Source of the DNA: Ruminococcus sp. | GTDB taxonomy: Bacteria > Bacillota > Clostridia > Lachnospirales > Lachnospiraceae | DNA: 64,000 nucleotides | Assembly: GCA_023663085.1 (NCBI GenBank) | Contig: JAMPIB010000001.1 | Location: 32,046-96,045, forward strand | Direction: 5' to 3' | Part shown: in pieces, positions 28,650 through 39,508 of the stretch | How positions within the stretch are numbered: the stretch's first letter is position 1 | Layout: every line of letters starts with the position of its first letter | Program-made: the position numbers and the translations under genes | The notes under the pieces: generated by a model | What the model was told of the DNA's origin: nothing | Database searches by the model: none | Seen by the model: the letters and a program-made list of their open reading frames with translations, nothing else

Positions 28650-29594
28650 ATGAAAAAAGGTGAAAATGGGAAGAAGTACAAAACTCCGTTTCTGAAAACC
28701 GTAAAAAAGCATTGGATGTTACTTTTGATGTTAACTCCGGCGCTGCTTTATGTCATCATCTTTAACTATGTACCGATGACGGGTATCGTGCTGGCGTTTA
28801 AAAAGTATCAGTATGCGGGTGGTATATACGGTTCTCCGTGGAACGGACTCAGTAACTTTAAGGCTCTTTTAATTTCGGGCAAGTTAGGACAGGTAACACG
28901 CAACACGCTTTTGTATAATATCGCATTTATTTTTCTGGGCGTGGTCTGTGAAATGGGAAGTGCTATTTTATTGAATGAATTATTTAATAAACATTTTAAA
29001 AAGATCGCACAGTCATTTATGTTTCTGCCCTACTTTATAAGCTGGGTTGTGGCGGGCGCAATCATGTACAACATCTTCAATTATGAAAGAGGCGTCTTCA
29101 ATCACATTTTAAACTGGCTGGGAATCAATTCCTTCGATCTGTATAACACGCCCGGAGCGTGGCCGCCGGTACTGATATTCTTAAAGCTCTGGAAAGGAAC
29201 GGGATATGGTTCCGTAGTATATCTGGCGGCTATCACAGGGTTGGATCAGGAGATGTTCGAGGCGGCGGCTATCGATGGTGCGAGCGCATGGCAGAGGATA
29301 CGTTATCTGACCATCCCCTCCCTGAAACCGACTATGATGATAATGATACTTCTGGCTATTGGCAATATCTTCCGCGGCGATTTCGGATTGTTCTATCAGA
29401 CGGTAAAGAGCAGCGCGCTGTTGCAGCCGATGACAGATATTATTGATACCTATGTATTCCGGCTGCTGATCGATACGGGCGATATCGGCGTATCAGCCGC
29501 GGCGGGTCTTTATCAGTCGATCTTGTGTCTGGTGACCATTACGCTTTGTAATAAGCTGGTAAAGAAGGTCAATCCGGACTACGCATTATATTAA
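28650..29594 (+). CDS. Sugar ABC transporter permease (LplB-like)
   Basis: A BPD_transp_1 fold with an LplB/YtcP-type N-terminus, 314 aa. Confidence 0.85.
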   Translation: MKKGENGKKYKTPFLKTVKKHWMLLLMLTPALLYVIIFNYVPMTGIVLAFKKYQYAGGIYGSPWNGLSNFKALLISGKLGQVTRNTLLYNIAFIFLGVVCEMGSAILLNELFNKHFKKIAQSFMFLPYFISWVVAGAIMYNIFNYERGVFNHILNWLGINSFDLYNTPGAWPPVLIFLKLWKGTGYGSVVYLAAITGLDQEMFEAAAIDGASAWQRIRYLTIPSLKPTMMIMILLAIGNIFRGDFGLFYQTVKSSALLQPMTDIIDTYVFRLLIDTGDIGVSAAAGLYQSILCLVTITLCNKLVKKVNPDYALY

Positions 29595-29606
29595 GGAGGT
29601 GGGTAC

Positions 29607-30515
29607 ATGGCAAGCGCAAAAGTAAAACAAAAACGTCATATCAGCAAAGACCAGCGTTCGGTCAGTATCGTAGGGTATGTTGTGATTGGTATTTTCGCAC
29701 TGATCTGCCTGATCCCGTTTTATCTGATCATCGTGGCGTCTTTTACGGATGAAGCCTCTCTGATCCGCAACGGGTATCCGCTCATCCCTACGGATTTCAG
29801 CATACAGAGTTATCTTCTGTGCCTGAAAAATCCGATCGCCATACTAAAAGCCTATGCAACGACGATTGGCGTTACTGTGGTCGGAACGTTTTTATCGGTC
29901 ATCCTGGCGACCATGACAGGATATGTGTTATCGCGTCAGGACTTTCCGTGGCGAAACAAGTTTTCGTTCTTCTTTTTCTTCACGACGCTTTTCAGCGGCG
30001 GACTGGTGCCCTGGTACATGCTCTGCGTGCGGTATCTGAATTTTAGAAATTCTTATCTGGGTGTTATCCTGCCGTTGATGTTTTCGGTCTGGAATATGAT
30101 AATCGCCAAATCGTTTATGCTGGGCATTCCGAGCGCGATCACGGAATCGGCCAAGATGGACGGAGCCAATGATTTTACGATCTATGCCAGACTGATCCTG
30201 CCGTTAAGCAAGCCGTTGATTGCCACGCTCAGCCTCTTTGCGGCGCTGGCCTATTGGAACGACTGGTATAACTGTATGCTCTTTATAACCGATGAAAATA
30301 AATTCATGCTCCAGTATTATCTGCAAAGAGTGCTGGGAAGTGCCGAGGCCATGAGGATCGTCGCGGAGAAATCCGGTATGGCGCTGCCGACGGTGCCGTT
30401 AGAAAGTATGAAAATGGCGATGACTGTTATTGCGACAGGCCCTATCGTTTTACTGTACCCGTTCGTACAGCGGTATTTTGTAAAGGGTCTTACGATCGGG
30501 GCGGTCAAAGGCTAA
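29607..30515 (+). CDS. Sugar ABC transporter permease (LplC-like)
   Basis: BPD_transp_1 fold, 302 aa. Confidence 0.85.
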   Translation: MASAKVKQKRHISKDQRSVSIVGYVVIGIFALICLIPFYLIIVASFTDEASLIRNGYPLIPTDFSIQSYLLCLKNPIAILKAYATTIGVTVVGTFLSVILATMTGYVLSRQDFPWRNKFSFFFFFTTLFSGGLVPWYMLCVRYLNFRNSYLGVILPLMFSVWNMIIAKSFMLGIPSAITESAKMDGANDFTIYARLILPLSKPLIATLSLFAALAYWNDWYNCMLFITDENKFMLQYYLQRVLGSAEAMRIVAEKSGMALPTVPLESMKMAMTVIATGPIVLLYPFVQRYFVKGLTIGAVKG

Positions 30516-30624
30516 GCCAGGCAGCATGGCAGCATGGCTGCAAGTTTGCGGCTTACGCCGGCAAACTCGCGGGTTGTGGAAAGTTAAAAGCATAAAAAAA
30601 TAAACTATAAAAAGGAGAGAAAGT

Positions 30625-32319
30625 ATGAAAAAGAAAAAAATCTTGTCAATTATTCTGGCGTCTTGTCTGGTGTTTACGACACTGGCAGGCTGCGGTTCGT
30701 CCGGTGAGGGCGGGAGCAGTACGGGAACTGCGGATACGGCAGCAGGTGATACGGGGAGCACAGCGTCTTCTGCGTCGGATACTTCAACAGATGGCGGAGC
30801 ATCTGCGGATGGAGGCGGGTCTGCGGCCTCTTTACTGGACAGTCTGCCGGCGGCGCCGGGAGAGGGAACGATTGTGGCGTCTCCCGATATGTATGCAGGA
30901 GTGGACTTGAGCAGCCCGTATACGGTAAATATGTATCTGATCGGCGATACGCCGAATGACTGGGACAAAGTTCTTTCTCTGGTAAATGAATATCTGGAAC
31001 CGTATAATACGGATCTGGCAGTAACATTCATGAGCTGGAGTGATTACCAGACCATGTATTCGCTGGTACTGGCAGGCGGCGAGCAGGTGGATTTAATATT
31101 TACGGCGCCGTGGTGCTATATGTATACCGAAGCATCCAAAGGCTCTTTCTATGAACTGACGGATGATTTTATCGCCAACTGTATGCCGTTATCCAATAAG
31201 TATCAGGATAAGGAAAGCTGGGATGAGACGACGCTGTCCGGCAAGACGATAGCGGTTCCGTCTAACGTGGCGCAGGCTATGGGTAAAATTGTAGCGATAC
31301 GTCAGGATCTGGCGGATAAGTACGGTATCAGCAGCTTATCAAGCTGGGAAGAATACAAGGATTTCATGAAGACTATGGCGGGGCAGGAAACGCCCGAAAG
31401 CGGTATCTATGGTCTGGCGGCAGCAGGAGATAATAACGAATTATGGGATGTATATCGTCAGCAGTATGACACCTTCCTTGCTCTGGACAGCGACTATTTC
31501 GATATGATCTATCAGTGGGACGGAGAACTCCCGAATGCCGAAGAGATCACACTTTCCTATGAAACAGATTATTTCCGTGAATATGCCAAAGATATGAAAG
31601 AAATGGCGGACGCCGGATGCTGGAGCCGCAGCGCACTGACCAATACCGTAACGGATGATGATGCCTTCGGTGCATTACAGGGCGCTTCTGTTGCCTGGAA
31701 CGGTTCTGTTATCACTTATGTAAGACAGGCGGAGGAAAGCGAAGGTGTAAACTGTTCCATTTATGATCTGACGACAGATCATTTCGTAGGATGTGAAGCA
31801 TTCTCCAATAATGATATGGCAATAGCGGCAGGTTCCGGTAATCCTGAACGCGCGGCCATGGTTCTTGACCTGATGAAATTTGATACTTATTTAAACAGAC
31901 TGCTCATCCTCGGTATTGAAGGCGAGCATTACAGCATTGACGAAGAAGGATACTATACGGAATTGGAGAAATCTTCCGATTTCGCGGCCTTTGCCATTTC
32001 CGCATCCTGGGCGATCAAAAACGGCGACCTGAGCGAAGCGGGTGCAGATCCCCGTATGCAGGCGGTTTCCGACGCATGGGCCGAAAGAGTGGAAAATAAT
32101 CCGACCATCACCTTCGTATTTGATACAACGCCGGTCGATTCTTATGTGGCGTCTGTTAATATCGTATTAAACGATTATGTACCCATGTTGGAACTTGGTC
32201 TGGTGGACGACGTGGATGCGACTCTGGATGAGATGATCCAGAAATGTTACGATTCGGGATATCAGCAGGTAAAAGATGAATTTGACGCGCAGTATAACGC
32301 GTGGAAAGCGACACGCTGA
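30625..32319 (+). CDS. Extracellular solute-binding lipoprotein (LplA-like, oligosaccharide-binding)
   Basis: A lipobox (LAGCGS) followed by a long Gly/Ser/Thr/Asp/Ala low-complexity linker, then an SBP_bac_1/8-type domain; 564 aa. Confidence 0.8.
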   Translation: MKKKKILSIILASCLVFTTLAGCGSSGEGGSSTGTADTAAGDTGSTASSASDTSTDGGASADGGGSAASLLDSLPAAPGEGTIVASPDMYAGVDLSSPYTVNMYLIGDTPNDWDKVLSLVNEYLEPYNTDLAVTFMSWSDYQTMYSLVLAGGEQVDLIFTAPWCYMYTEASKGSFYELTDDFIANCMPLSNKYQDKESWDETTLSGKTIAVPSNVAQAMGKIVAIRQDLADKYGISSLSSWEEYKDFMKTMAGQETPESGIYGLAAAGDNNELWDVYRQQYDTFLALDSDYFDMIYQWDGELPNAEEITLSYETDYFREYAKDMKEMADAGCWSRSALTNTVTDDDAFGALQGASVAWNGSVITYVRQAEESEGVNCSIYDLTTDHFVGCEAFSNNDMAIAAGSGNPERAAMVLDLMKFDTYLNRLLILGIEGEHYSIDEEGYYTELEKSSDFAAFAISASWAIKNGDLSEAGADPRMQAVSDAWAERVENNPTITFVFDTTPVDSYVASVNIVLNDYVPMLELGLVDDVDATLDEMIQKCYDSGYQQVKDEFDAQYNAWKATR

Positions 32320-32383
32320 TCGACATATTAATATAGAGTAAAGCGAAAAATCTCTCTCTAAAAAGGGCAGGAGATTCTGTCAA

Positions 32384-32410
32384 GGCAGGATTTTTCCTGC
32401 CCTTTTTACC
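32384..32410 (+). terminator. Rho-independent terminator after the SBP gene
   Basis: ggcagga-tttt-tcctgcc followed by ctttttacc. An alternative outer stem is gggcagga/tcctgccc. Confidence 0.55.
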
Positions 32411-32535
32411 TTATAGGAAAGTCCGTCGTCAGATGCAGATAATTTATGAAATAAATTTTCTGTTGGACATTTGGAATAAAAAGGCGAACTTGTTCGCTTT
32501 TTTACAAGTATGAGAAGAAAAGGAGATGTGCGACT

Positions 32536-33567
32536 ATGAAGATGAAAATGACATTAGGAGTTGATCTGGGCTGGCTGAGCCAGTTAGAAGCGCAGGGCGT
32601 CCGCTGGGTAGATCAGGATAAAAAAGAAGTGGAAGTCATTCAGGCCATGAAAGAGATGGGAGCGGATTCCGTGCGGCTGCGTATTTTTGTAAATCCGCCG
32701 AAAGAGGCGTATTGGACAAAAAACGACGGCACTGTCTGTATGCTGGGATTCTGCGATGCCGAAAGTGTGCTCGCGGTATCGAAAAGGGTTCATGAAGCGG
32801 GCATGAAACTGATGCTTGATTTTCATTACAGCGATCATTTCGCAGACCCGGAATATCAGGATATTCCGGAAGAATGGACGAAAGATGATGCAGATGGACT
32901 GACAAGACGCGTCTATCAGCATACGAAGGACGTGCTGGAACTGTTCACACAAAGCGGTATCGTACCGGAGTGGGTACAGGTAGGGAATGAAATCAATCCG
33001 GGGATTTTGCTGCCGGCAGGAAGTTGTAAGGAACATCCTGAGCAGATGGCCGCCTTTTTAAATGCTGGATATGATGCGGTCAAGGAGTGCTGTCCGGACT
33101 GTCAGGTGGTCACCCATATTTCCTGCGGAAATTACCGTGAATACTGCGATCCGTTTCTGGAAACCTTTTTTAAATACGGCGGCAAGACCGACATTCTGGG
33201 ATTTTCCTATTATCCGTACTGGTACGAGCGGATCGTGGAGCGCACGGAGAAAAAACCGATGGCGCTTTTATACAATCCGCTGACCTATTATGCGGAAACG
33301 TACCAAAAAGATGTGATGATCTGCGAGGTCGGCGGGCCGGAGACTGATGAGGAAGGAACCTATAACCTGCTTATGAACGCCATGGAGGCAGTAAGACAGG
33401 TGCCGGATGGTATGGGCGCGGGCGTTTTTTACTGGGAGCCGGAAGTAGGAGCCGCGCTGGTACCCGATAATTATCCGCTCGGCGCAGGTATCGCGCTGGA
33501 TGAACATACGGTGCAGCTGACCGGGATCATGACGGCCTACAGGGATTTCCGGGAAAAACATCAATAA
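32536..33567 (+). CDS. Glycoside hydrolase family 53-like (arabinogalactan endo-beta-1,4-galactanase), no signal peptide
   Basis: GH53-like motifs (LDFHYSDHFADPEYQDIPEEW and WVQVGNEINPG, a catalytic acid/base context) in a TIM-barrel of about 340 aa. It is linked to the AraC/LplABC cluster. Confidence 0.6.
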   Translation: MKMKMTLGVDLGWLSQLEAQGVRWVDQDKKEVEVIQAMKEMGADSVRLRIFVNPPKEAYWTKNDGTVCMLGFCDAESVLAVSKRVHEAGMKLMLDFHYSDHFADPEYQDIPEEWTKDDADGLTRRVYQHTKDVLELFTQSGIVPEWVQVGNEINPGILLPAGSCKEHPEQMAAFLNAGYDAVKECCPDCQVVTHISCGNYREYCDPFLETFFKYGGKTDILGFSYYPYWYERIVERTEKKPMALLYNPLTYYAETYQKDVMICEVGGPETDEEGTYNLLMNAMEAVRQVPDGMGAGVFYWEPEVGAALVPDNYPLGAGIALDEHTVQLTGIMTAYRDFREKHQ

Positions 33568-33625
33568 CGGACATTTGCAATATAGGCACAAAACAGGTAC
33601 AATGTATCTATATTCGGAGGTGTCT

Positions 33626-34942
33626 ATGGAAAAAGCGTTATTAGTTGGAATGAATCTGAACAATGGAGAAGATTACAGACTTTCGCTGGAAGAACTGGAA
33701 GATCTGGCGCAGGCATGCGATATGGAAGTGGTGGGCGTTATCGAGCAGAATCTTCCGGAGGTGCACAAGGCGTTCTATATCGGCACTGGTAAAGTGGAAG
33801 AAGTAAAAGAAGAAGCCGAGGCGCAGGAGGCGGACATCGTCATTTTCGATAACTCGCTCTCCCCGATCCAGATACGGAATCTGCAAAATAAGATTGAAAA
33901 GCCGATTCTGGACAGGAGTACATTGATTCTGGATATTTTTGCCAGACGCGCCCGCTCGAAAGAAGCCAGATTGCAGGTAGAGGTGGCCAGATTACAGTAT
34001 ATGCTGCCGCGTCTGGTCGGACTGCATGCGGCGCTCAGCCGTCAGGGTGGCGGCAGCGGCTCTTTGAGTAACAGAGGAGCCGGAGAGAAGAAGTTAGAGC
34101 TTGACAGGCGTATCTTAGAGCACCGGCTTGCGGAATACCGCCGGGAATTAAAAGAAGTCGCTATCCAGCGGCAGACGCAGCGCAAACAGCGCGTTGATTC
34201 CGGTATGCCCAGAGTGGCGCTGGTCGGCTATACGAATGCAGGCAAATCGACGCTTTTAAACGCCATGCTCGATCTGTACGGTACGGATGAAGCCGGTGCG
34301 GAAGAAAAGAAGGTCATGGAAAAGGACATGCTCTTTGCAACGCTGGATACGACGGTGCGCAAGATAGCGCCACAAGGGCATCATGCTTTTCTGTTATCGG
34401 ACACGGTCGGCTTTATCCACAAACTGCCGCACCATCTGGTAGAAGCCTTTCATTCCACACTGGAAGAAGCCAAAGAGGCGGACGTTCTGTTACAGGTCAT
34501 AGATTACAGCGACAGTCATTACAAAGAGCAGATCGCCGTGACAGAGAATACCTTAAAAGAACTGGGCGCCGACGGTATTCCCATGATCTATGTCTATAAT
34601 AAGGCGGATAAGGTATCGGCTGACGATATTCCGGGCGCCTCCGTTACGGAGGCGGAAACTGCCGTATCCAGGCTGCCGGCCGTTACAGATGACAGTATCT
34701 ATTTATCGGCCAAAGAGCGGATCGGTATGGAAGAGCTGGTTACTTTAATAGAGAAGAAACTTGCGGGCGGTTATAGGGAATGTACGCTGCTCATCCCTTA
34801 TACTGACGGCCGGGCGGTGTCTTATCTGAATGAAAATGCCGTCGTATATCAGACGCAGTATCTGGAAAATGGAGTCAGTCTGAAAGTGAATTGCCGGGTC
34901 GAAGACTACCGGTATTATGCAAAATACACCGCGATGAACTGA
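33626..34942 (+). CDS. hflX: GTPase HflX
   Basis: The HflX N-terminal domain and a G-domain (GYTNAGKSTLLN; DTVGF). GGAGG lies 5 nt before the ATG at 33626; the longer ORF from 33575 lacks an RBS. Confidence 0.85.
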   Translation: MEKALLVGMNLNNGEDYRLSLEELEDLAQACDMEVVGVIEQNLPEVHKAFYIGTGKVEEVKEEAEAQEADIVIFDNSLSPIQIRNLQNKIEKPILDRSTLILDIFARRARSKEARLQVEVARLQYMLPRLVGLHAALSRQGGGSGSLSNRGAGEKKLELDRRILEHRLAEYRRELKEVAIQRQTQRKQRVDSGMPRVALVGYTNAGKSTLLNAMLDLYGTDEAGAEEKKVMEKDMLFATLDTTVRKIAPQGHHAFLLSDTVGFIHKLPHHLVEAFHSTLEEAKEADVLLQVIDYSDSHYKEQIAVTENTLKELGADGIPMIYVYNKADKVSADDIPGASVTEAETAVSRLPAVTDDSIYLSAKERIGMEELVTLIEKKLAGGYRECTLLIPYTDGRAVSYLNENAVVYQTQYLENGVSLKVNCRVEDYRYYAKYTAMN

Positions 34943-34947
34943 TGTTC

Positions 34948-34957
34948 GGGGGGGGGG
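34948..34957. repeat. G10 homopolymeric tract immediately 3' of the hflX stop
   Basis: Ten consecutive G residues (34948-34957), 5 nt after the TGA. Confidence 0.8.
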
Positions 34958-35300
34958 TGCTGAAAAATAGGTAAATTTGTCTAAAAAAAGGCTGAATATT
35001 TGGTTAAAAATCAAAATAGTTACACTATTGACTAATATAGTTTCATATGCTAAACTGAACTGTAATCAGATAAAAGGGGTCGAAATTGCCAATTATTCAT
35101 ATTCTTATTAAAAAATATCTAAATCACTTCTAAGGCTTTCATAAGGGGTTTATCTTATTTTTTATGAGCATATTATGTGTTACCGGATTCTTTTTGTGCA
35201 GCCGTAGAATATGTGCGATATGAAGACAGTTTCTTTGTAATCTGAGAGTGTACCGTATCATTTTGAAAAATCTATGGTGAGTATAAGGAGGATAAGGTGA

Positions 35301-37007
35301 ATGAGTAAAAAACTGAATAAGTACCGGATCAAGGAGCGACTGGAGAAAGGATTTATGATCGCTGCCGGGATTCCGGCGATCGCCGCTGTCATAGCGCTGA
35401 TCGTTATGATCGTTGTGTCTGGTAAGTACAGCAGCGCGCTGGTTGACTATGGTTTCGCGCAGGGAGAGGTCGGCAAGACCATGACTTATCTGTCAGAGAC
35501 GAGGTCGGCTCTGCGGGGCGTTATCGGCTATGATGAAATGGAAGCGATAGAAAAGATAAGAGAAGATCATGACGAGAACGTTGCACTGTGTAAACAGAGT
35601 TTTGCAGATCTCGAACAATATATGGTAACAGAAGAAAATAAAGAGATCTATAAAAATCTGGTCACTAAACTGGAAGATTACTGGCAGCTTGATGAAGAGA
35701 TCGTTGAACTGGGCGCGACCACAGACCGGGCAATTGCCACACAGGCGCAGAACAGGGCCATGAACGAGTTGATGCCTGCGTTTGAAGATATTTACGAAGA
35801 CTTGACAAGTATCATGAATATTAAAGTCGCCCACGGAAACAATGAGTCGAGTTTCCTGTCAATCCTCTGCATCGTATTGGCGGTCATCATTGGCGTAGTC
35901 CTTGTAGCAGCGATATTTACTTCTGTTAAAATGGGAATGAATATTGCTGATAATATTGCGAAACCGATGTTAGAGCTTGGCGACAGACTGGAACGTTTCG
36001 CACAGGGCGATCTGTTCAGTCCCTTCCCGCAGGTGGAAACACAGGATGAAGTTGCGGATATGATCGCATCGGCTAACGATATGGCAAATTCCCTTGACTT
36101 TATCATTGCAGATATGGAACATGTACTTGGCCAGATGGCTGATTCCGACTATACTGTAAGATCAAAGGATGGTACAAGATATATTGGCGATTTCAGGCAG
36201 ATGTTTGACTCTATGAAGAAGTTACGTGACTGTATGGTGGATACGATGCACTTTATCGAGGAATCTTCCATTCAGGTTACGGCAGGTTCCGGCAACCTTT
36301 CCGAGACATCCTTAAGTCTGGCGGAGGGCGCTACGGAACAGGCAAGCGCGGTAGAAGAATTGCAGGCGACTATAACAACGATTGCAGAAGCTGCACAGAA
36401 AGCGGCGGAAAATGCGGACGGCGCATACCAGCAGTCGCAGGAATATGCAAGAATGGCGGATGACAGCAGCGCGGATATCAGAGAAATGGTAGACGCTATG
36501 GCACGTATTAACGAAGCGTCCCAGAAGATTGGCAATATTATTTCCGAGATCGAGAGCATCGCTTCTCAGACGAATCTGCTTTCCCTCAACGCTTCTATCG
36601 AAGCGGCAAGAGCAGGCGAAGCGGGACGCGGATTTTCCGTTGTGGCGGATCAGATCAGACAGCTGGCTGAACAGAGCAGCAAGTCCGCGGTAGATACCAG
36701 ATCGTTGATCGAAGGCGCGATGATGGAAATTGAAAACGGTAATAAAGTAGCGGAACGTGCTGTAACCTCTATTGAAACGGTAGTACACGGAATTCAGGAA
36801 GTAGCGATATCTTCCAAGGAACTGAGCGATGTATCCGCAAATCAGGCGCTGACTATGAAAGAGGCGGAGGAAGGTATCAACCAGATCTCCGATGTTATCC
36901 AGACGAATGCAGCGGTTGCACAGCAGTCTTCCGCAACGAGTCAGGAGCTGGCGGCACAGGCGGCTTCACTGGATGCTCTGATTGCCAAATTCACATTACC
37001 GGCATAA
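35301..37007 (+). CDS. Methyl-accepting chemotaxis protein
   Basis: An N-terminal TM, a sensor region, a second TM and a HAMP domain, then the MCP signalling domain (LLSLNASIEAARAGEAGRGFSVVADQIRQLAEQS). Confidence 0.85.
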   Translation: MSKKLNKYRIKERLEKGFMIAAGIPAIAAVIALIVMIVVSGKYSSALVDYGFAQGEVGKTMTYLSETRSALRGVIGYDEMEAIEKIREDHDENVALCKQSFADLEQYMVTEENKEIYKNLVTKLEDYWQLDEEIVELGATTDRAIATQAQNRAMNELMPAFEDIYEDLTSIMNIKVAHGNNESSFLSILCIVLAVIIGVVLVAAIFTSVKMGMNIADNIAKPMLELGDRLERFAQGDLFSPFPQVETQDEVADMIASANDMANSLDFIIADMEHVLGQMADSDYTVRSKDGTRYIGDFRQMFDSMKKLRDCMVDTMHFIEESSIQVTAGSGNLSETSLSLAEGATEQASAVEELQATITTIAEAAQKAAENADGAYQQSQEYARMADDSSADIREMVDAMARINEASQKIGNIISEIESIASQTNLLSLNASIEAARAGEAGRGFSVVADQIRQLAEQSSKSAVDTRSLIEGAMMEIENGNKVAERAVTSIETVVHGIQEVAISSKELSDVSANQALTMKEAEEGINQISDVIQTNAAVAQQSSATSQELAAQAASLDALIAKFTLPA

Positions 37008-37061
37008 AGTACATAACAGGTTTTGCCGTTAATAATGGCAGGAACAATAAAATAAATGTAA

Positions 37062-37108
37062 ATCTCCGGATCGAAGAAAACAGGCGGTTCGGAGATTTTT
37101 TAATTGCA
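37062..37108 (+). terminator. Rho-independent terminator after the MCP gene
   Basis: aatctccg ... cggagatt (8-bp stem with an internal sub-stem) followed by TTTTTT. Confidence 0.45.
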
Positions 37109-37175
37109 TGGAGACTGTTTATCCCTTATAATTATTAGTGGCGTTTGAGTAAAACAGATTTGAGGAGGACGTAAG

Positions 37176-39476
37176 ATGATAAAATTATGGGACGGCGGCG
37201 CCTACCTGCTGGGGGGAGAGGAACTGATCGCCGATCAGGCGGACGCATCCGCACAGATTAAAAATAAGACCGGAAAAGAGATATCCAAAGAAGAAGCGGC
37301 GCAGGGAACGATGGCTTATCGTATCTTAAAAGCGCATAATACTTCCGGCAATATGGAGAAACTGAAAATTAAATTCGATAAACTGACTTCGCATGACATT
37401 ACTTTCGTCGGTATCATCCAGACGGCCAGAGCTTCGGGACTGACCAGATTTCCGATTCCGTATGTGCTTACGAACTGCCATAACTCTCTGTGTGCGGTGG
37501 GCGGTACGATCAATGAAGACGATCATATGTTCGGCCTTACCTGCGCGAAGAAGTACGGCGGCGTTTATGTTCCGCCGCATCAGGCGGTCATCCATCAGTT
37601 CGCCAGAGAGATGTTGGCGGGCGGCGGTAAGATGATCCTCGGTTCCGATTCCCATACGCGTTACGGCGCGTTAGGCACAATGGCCATGGGAGAGGGCGGC
37701 CCGGAACTTGTGAAACAGCTTTTATCACAGACATATGATATCAATATGCCCGGTGTGGTGGGCGTATATCTAAAAGGTGCGCCCGTTAAGGGGGTAGGAC
37801 CACAAGATGTAGCGCTTGCAATTATCGGCGCGGTGTTCCATAATGGATATGTTAAGAATAAAGTGATGGAATTTGTCGGCCCCGGCGTGCAAAATCTAAG
37901 CGCTGACTTCCGTATCGGTATCGACGTCATGACGACGGAGACGACCTGTCTGTCCTCTATCTGGACGACGGATGAACAGATCAGAGAGTTTTATGACATT
38001 CACGGCAGAAGTGAAGAGTATGCGGAACTGTCCCCGGAGGAAGTCACTTATTATGACGGTATGATCGAGGTAGATTTATCAGCCATCAAGCCGATGATCG
38101 CCATGCCGTTCCATCCGAGCAATACCTATACGATAGAAGAGGTAAACGCCAATCTGACGGATATCCTCCATGATGTGGAAGAAAGAGCCAAAGTCAGCTT
38201 AGATGGCGCTGTGCCCTATTCCTTGCAGGATAAGGTCGTAAACGGTAAGTTCATGGTGGATCAGGGTATCATCGCAGGCTGTGCCGGCGGCGGCTTTGAG
38301 AATATCTGTGCGGCGGCCGATATCTTAAAAGGCTCTTATATCGGTTCGGACGGCTTTACCTTAAGCGTATATCCGGCATCTATGCCCGTATATATGGAAC
38401 TGATCAAAAACGGCTGTGCGGCAGCGATCTTAGAGACGGGTGCCGTGATGAAGACCGCGTTCTGCGGGCCGTGTTTTGGCGCAGGGGATACGCCTGCCAA
38501 CAATGCCTTCAGTATCCGTCATTCTACGAGGAACTTCCCGAACAGAGAAGGTTCCAAGTTACAAAACGGTCAGATTTCTTCTGTGGCGCTGATGGATGCA
38601 CGTTCTATAGCGGCTACGGCGGCGAATCAGGGTGTTTTGACGCCGGCGACGGAATTTGACGGTGAGATTGGAAAATATAAATATCATTTTGATGCGAATA
38701 TCTATGCCAATCGTGTCTTTGATTCGCACGGTGTGGCGGATGAAAGCGTGGAGATCCAGTTCGGCCCGAACATCAAGGACTGGCCGGCTATGGGTGCCTT
38801 GCCGGAGAATCTGGTACTGCGTGTCGTATCGGAGATCCATGACCCGGTAACGACGACAGACGAACTGATCCCTTCCGGAGAAACGTCTTCTTATCGTTCC
38901 AATCCTCTGGGACTGGCCGAGTTTACGTTATCCAGGAAAGATCCTGAGTATGTCGGACGCGCCAAGGATATCCAGAGAGCCGAGAAAGCGAGGATGGCGG
39001 GAGAGCATCCCTGTCATGTACACCCGGATGTAAAACCGCTCATGAATGTAATAAAAAAGACGTTTGCCGATGCTTCACATGAAAATACCGGCTTCGGTTC
39101 CACGATCTTTGCGGTAAAACCGGGCGATGGTTCGGCGAGAGAGCAGGCGGCAAGCTGTCAGAAAGTATTGGGCGGCTGGGCGAATATCGCCAATGAGTAT
39201 GCAACAAAAAGATATCGTTCCAATCTGATTAACTGGGGTATGCTCCCTTTCTTAATTAAAGAAGGTGCGCTCCCGTTTCAGAATCTGGATTATCTTTTCA
39301 TCCCGGATATCCGGGGAGCAGTAGAGGAGAAACGGGAAACAGTGACCGCTTATAAGGTCTCTGTAGAAGAAGATGCTTTGTGTGAGTTTGAAATGACATT
39401 AGGGGAACTGACTGACGAAGAACGTCAGATTATATTGAAAGGATGTCTGATCAATTATAACAGAGTCGATGGATGA
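37176..39476 (+). CDS. Aconitase-family Fe-S hydro-lyase (fused large and swivel domains; aconitate hydratase-like)
   Basis: The LGSDSHT motif, the Cys-ligand region ([13 protein letters not shown]), [15 protein letters not shown], and a C-terminal LeuD-like swivel ([10 protein letters not shown]...[10 protein letters not shown]); 766 aa. Confidence 0.6.
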   Translation: MIKLWDGGAYLLGGEELIADQADASAQIKNKTGKEISKEEAAQGTMAYRILKAHNTSGNMEKLKIKFDKLTSHDITFVGIIQTARASGLTRFPIPYVLTNCHNSLCAVGGTINEDDHMFGLTCAKKYGGVYVPPHQAVIHQFAREMLAGGGKMILGSDSHTRYGALGTMAMGEGGPELVKQLLSQTYDINMPGVVGVYLKGAPVKGVGPQDVALAIIGAVFHNGYVKNKVMEFVGPGVQNLSADFRIGIDVMTTETTCLSSIWTTDEQIREFYDIHGRSEEYAELSPEEVTYYDGMIEVDLSAIKPMIAMPFHPSNTYTIEEVNANLTDILHDVEERAKVSLDGAVPYSLQDKVVNGKFMVDQGIIAGCAGGGFENICAAADILKGSYIGSDGFTLSVYPASMPVYMELIKNGCAAAILETGAVMKTAFCGPCFGAGDTPANNAFSIRHSTRNFPNREGSKLQNGQISSVALMDARSIAATAANQGVLTPATEFDGEIGKYKYHFDANIYANRVFDSHGVADESVEIQFGPNIKDWPAMGALPENLVLRVVSEIHDPVTTTDELIPSGETSSYRSNPLGLAEFTLSRKDPEYVGRAKDIQRAEKARMAGEHPCHVHPDVKPLMNVIKKTFADASHENTGFGSTIFAVKPGDGSAREQAASCQKVLGGWANIANEYATKRYRSNLINWGMLPFLIKEGALPFQNLDYLFIPDIRGAVEEKRETVTAYKVSVEEDALCEFEMTLGELTDEERQIILKGCLINYNRVDG

Positions 39477-39508
39477 TCGGCGGAAGATGTAATTTATGAC
39501 AGAAATTT

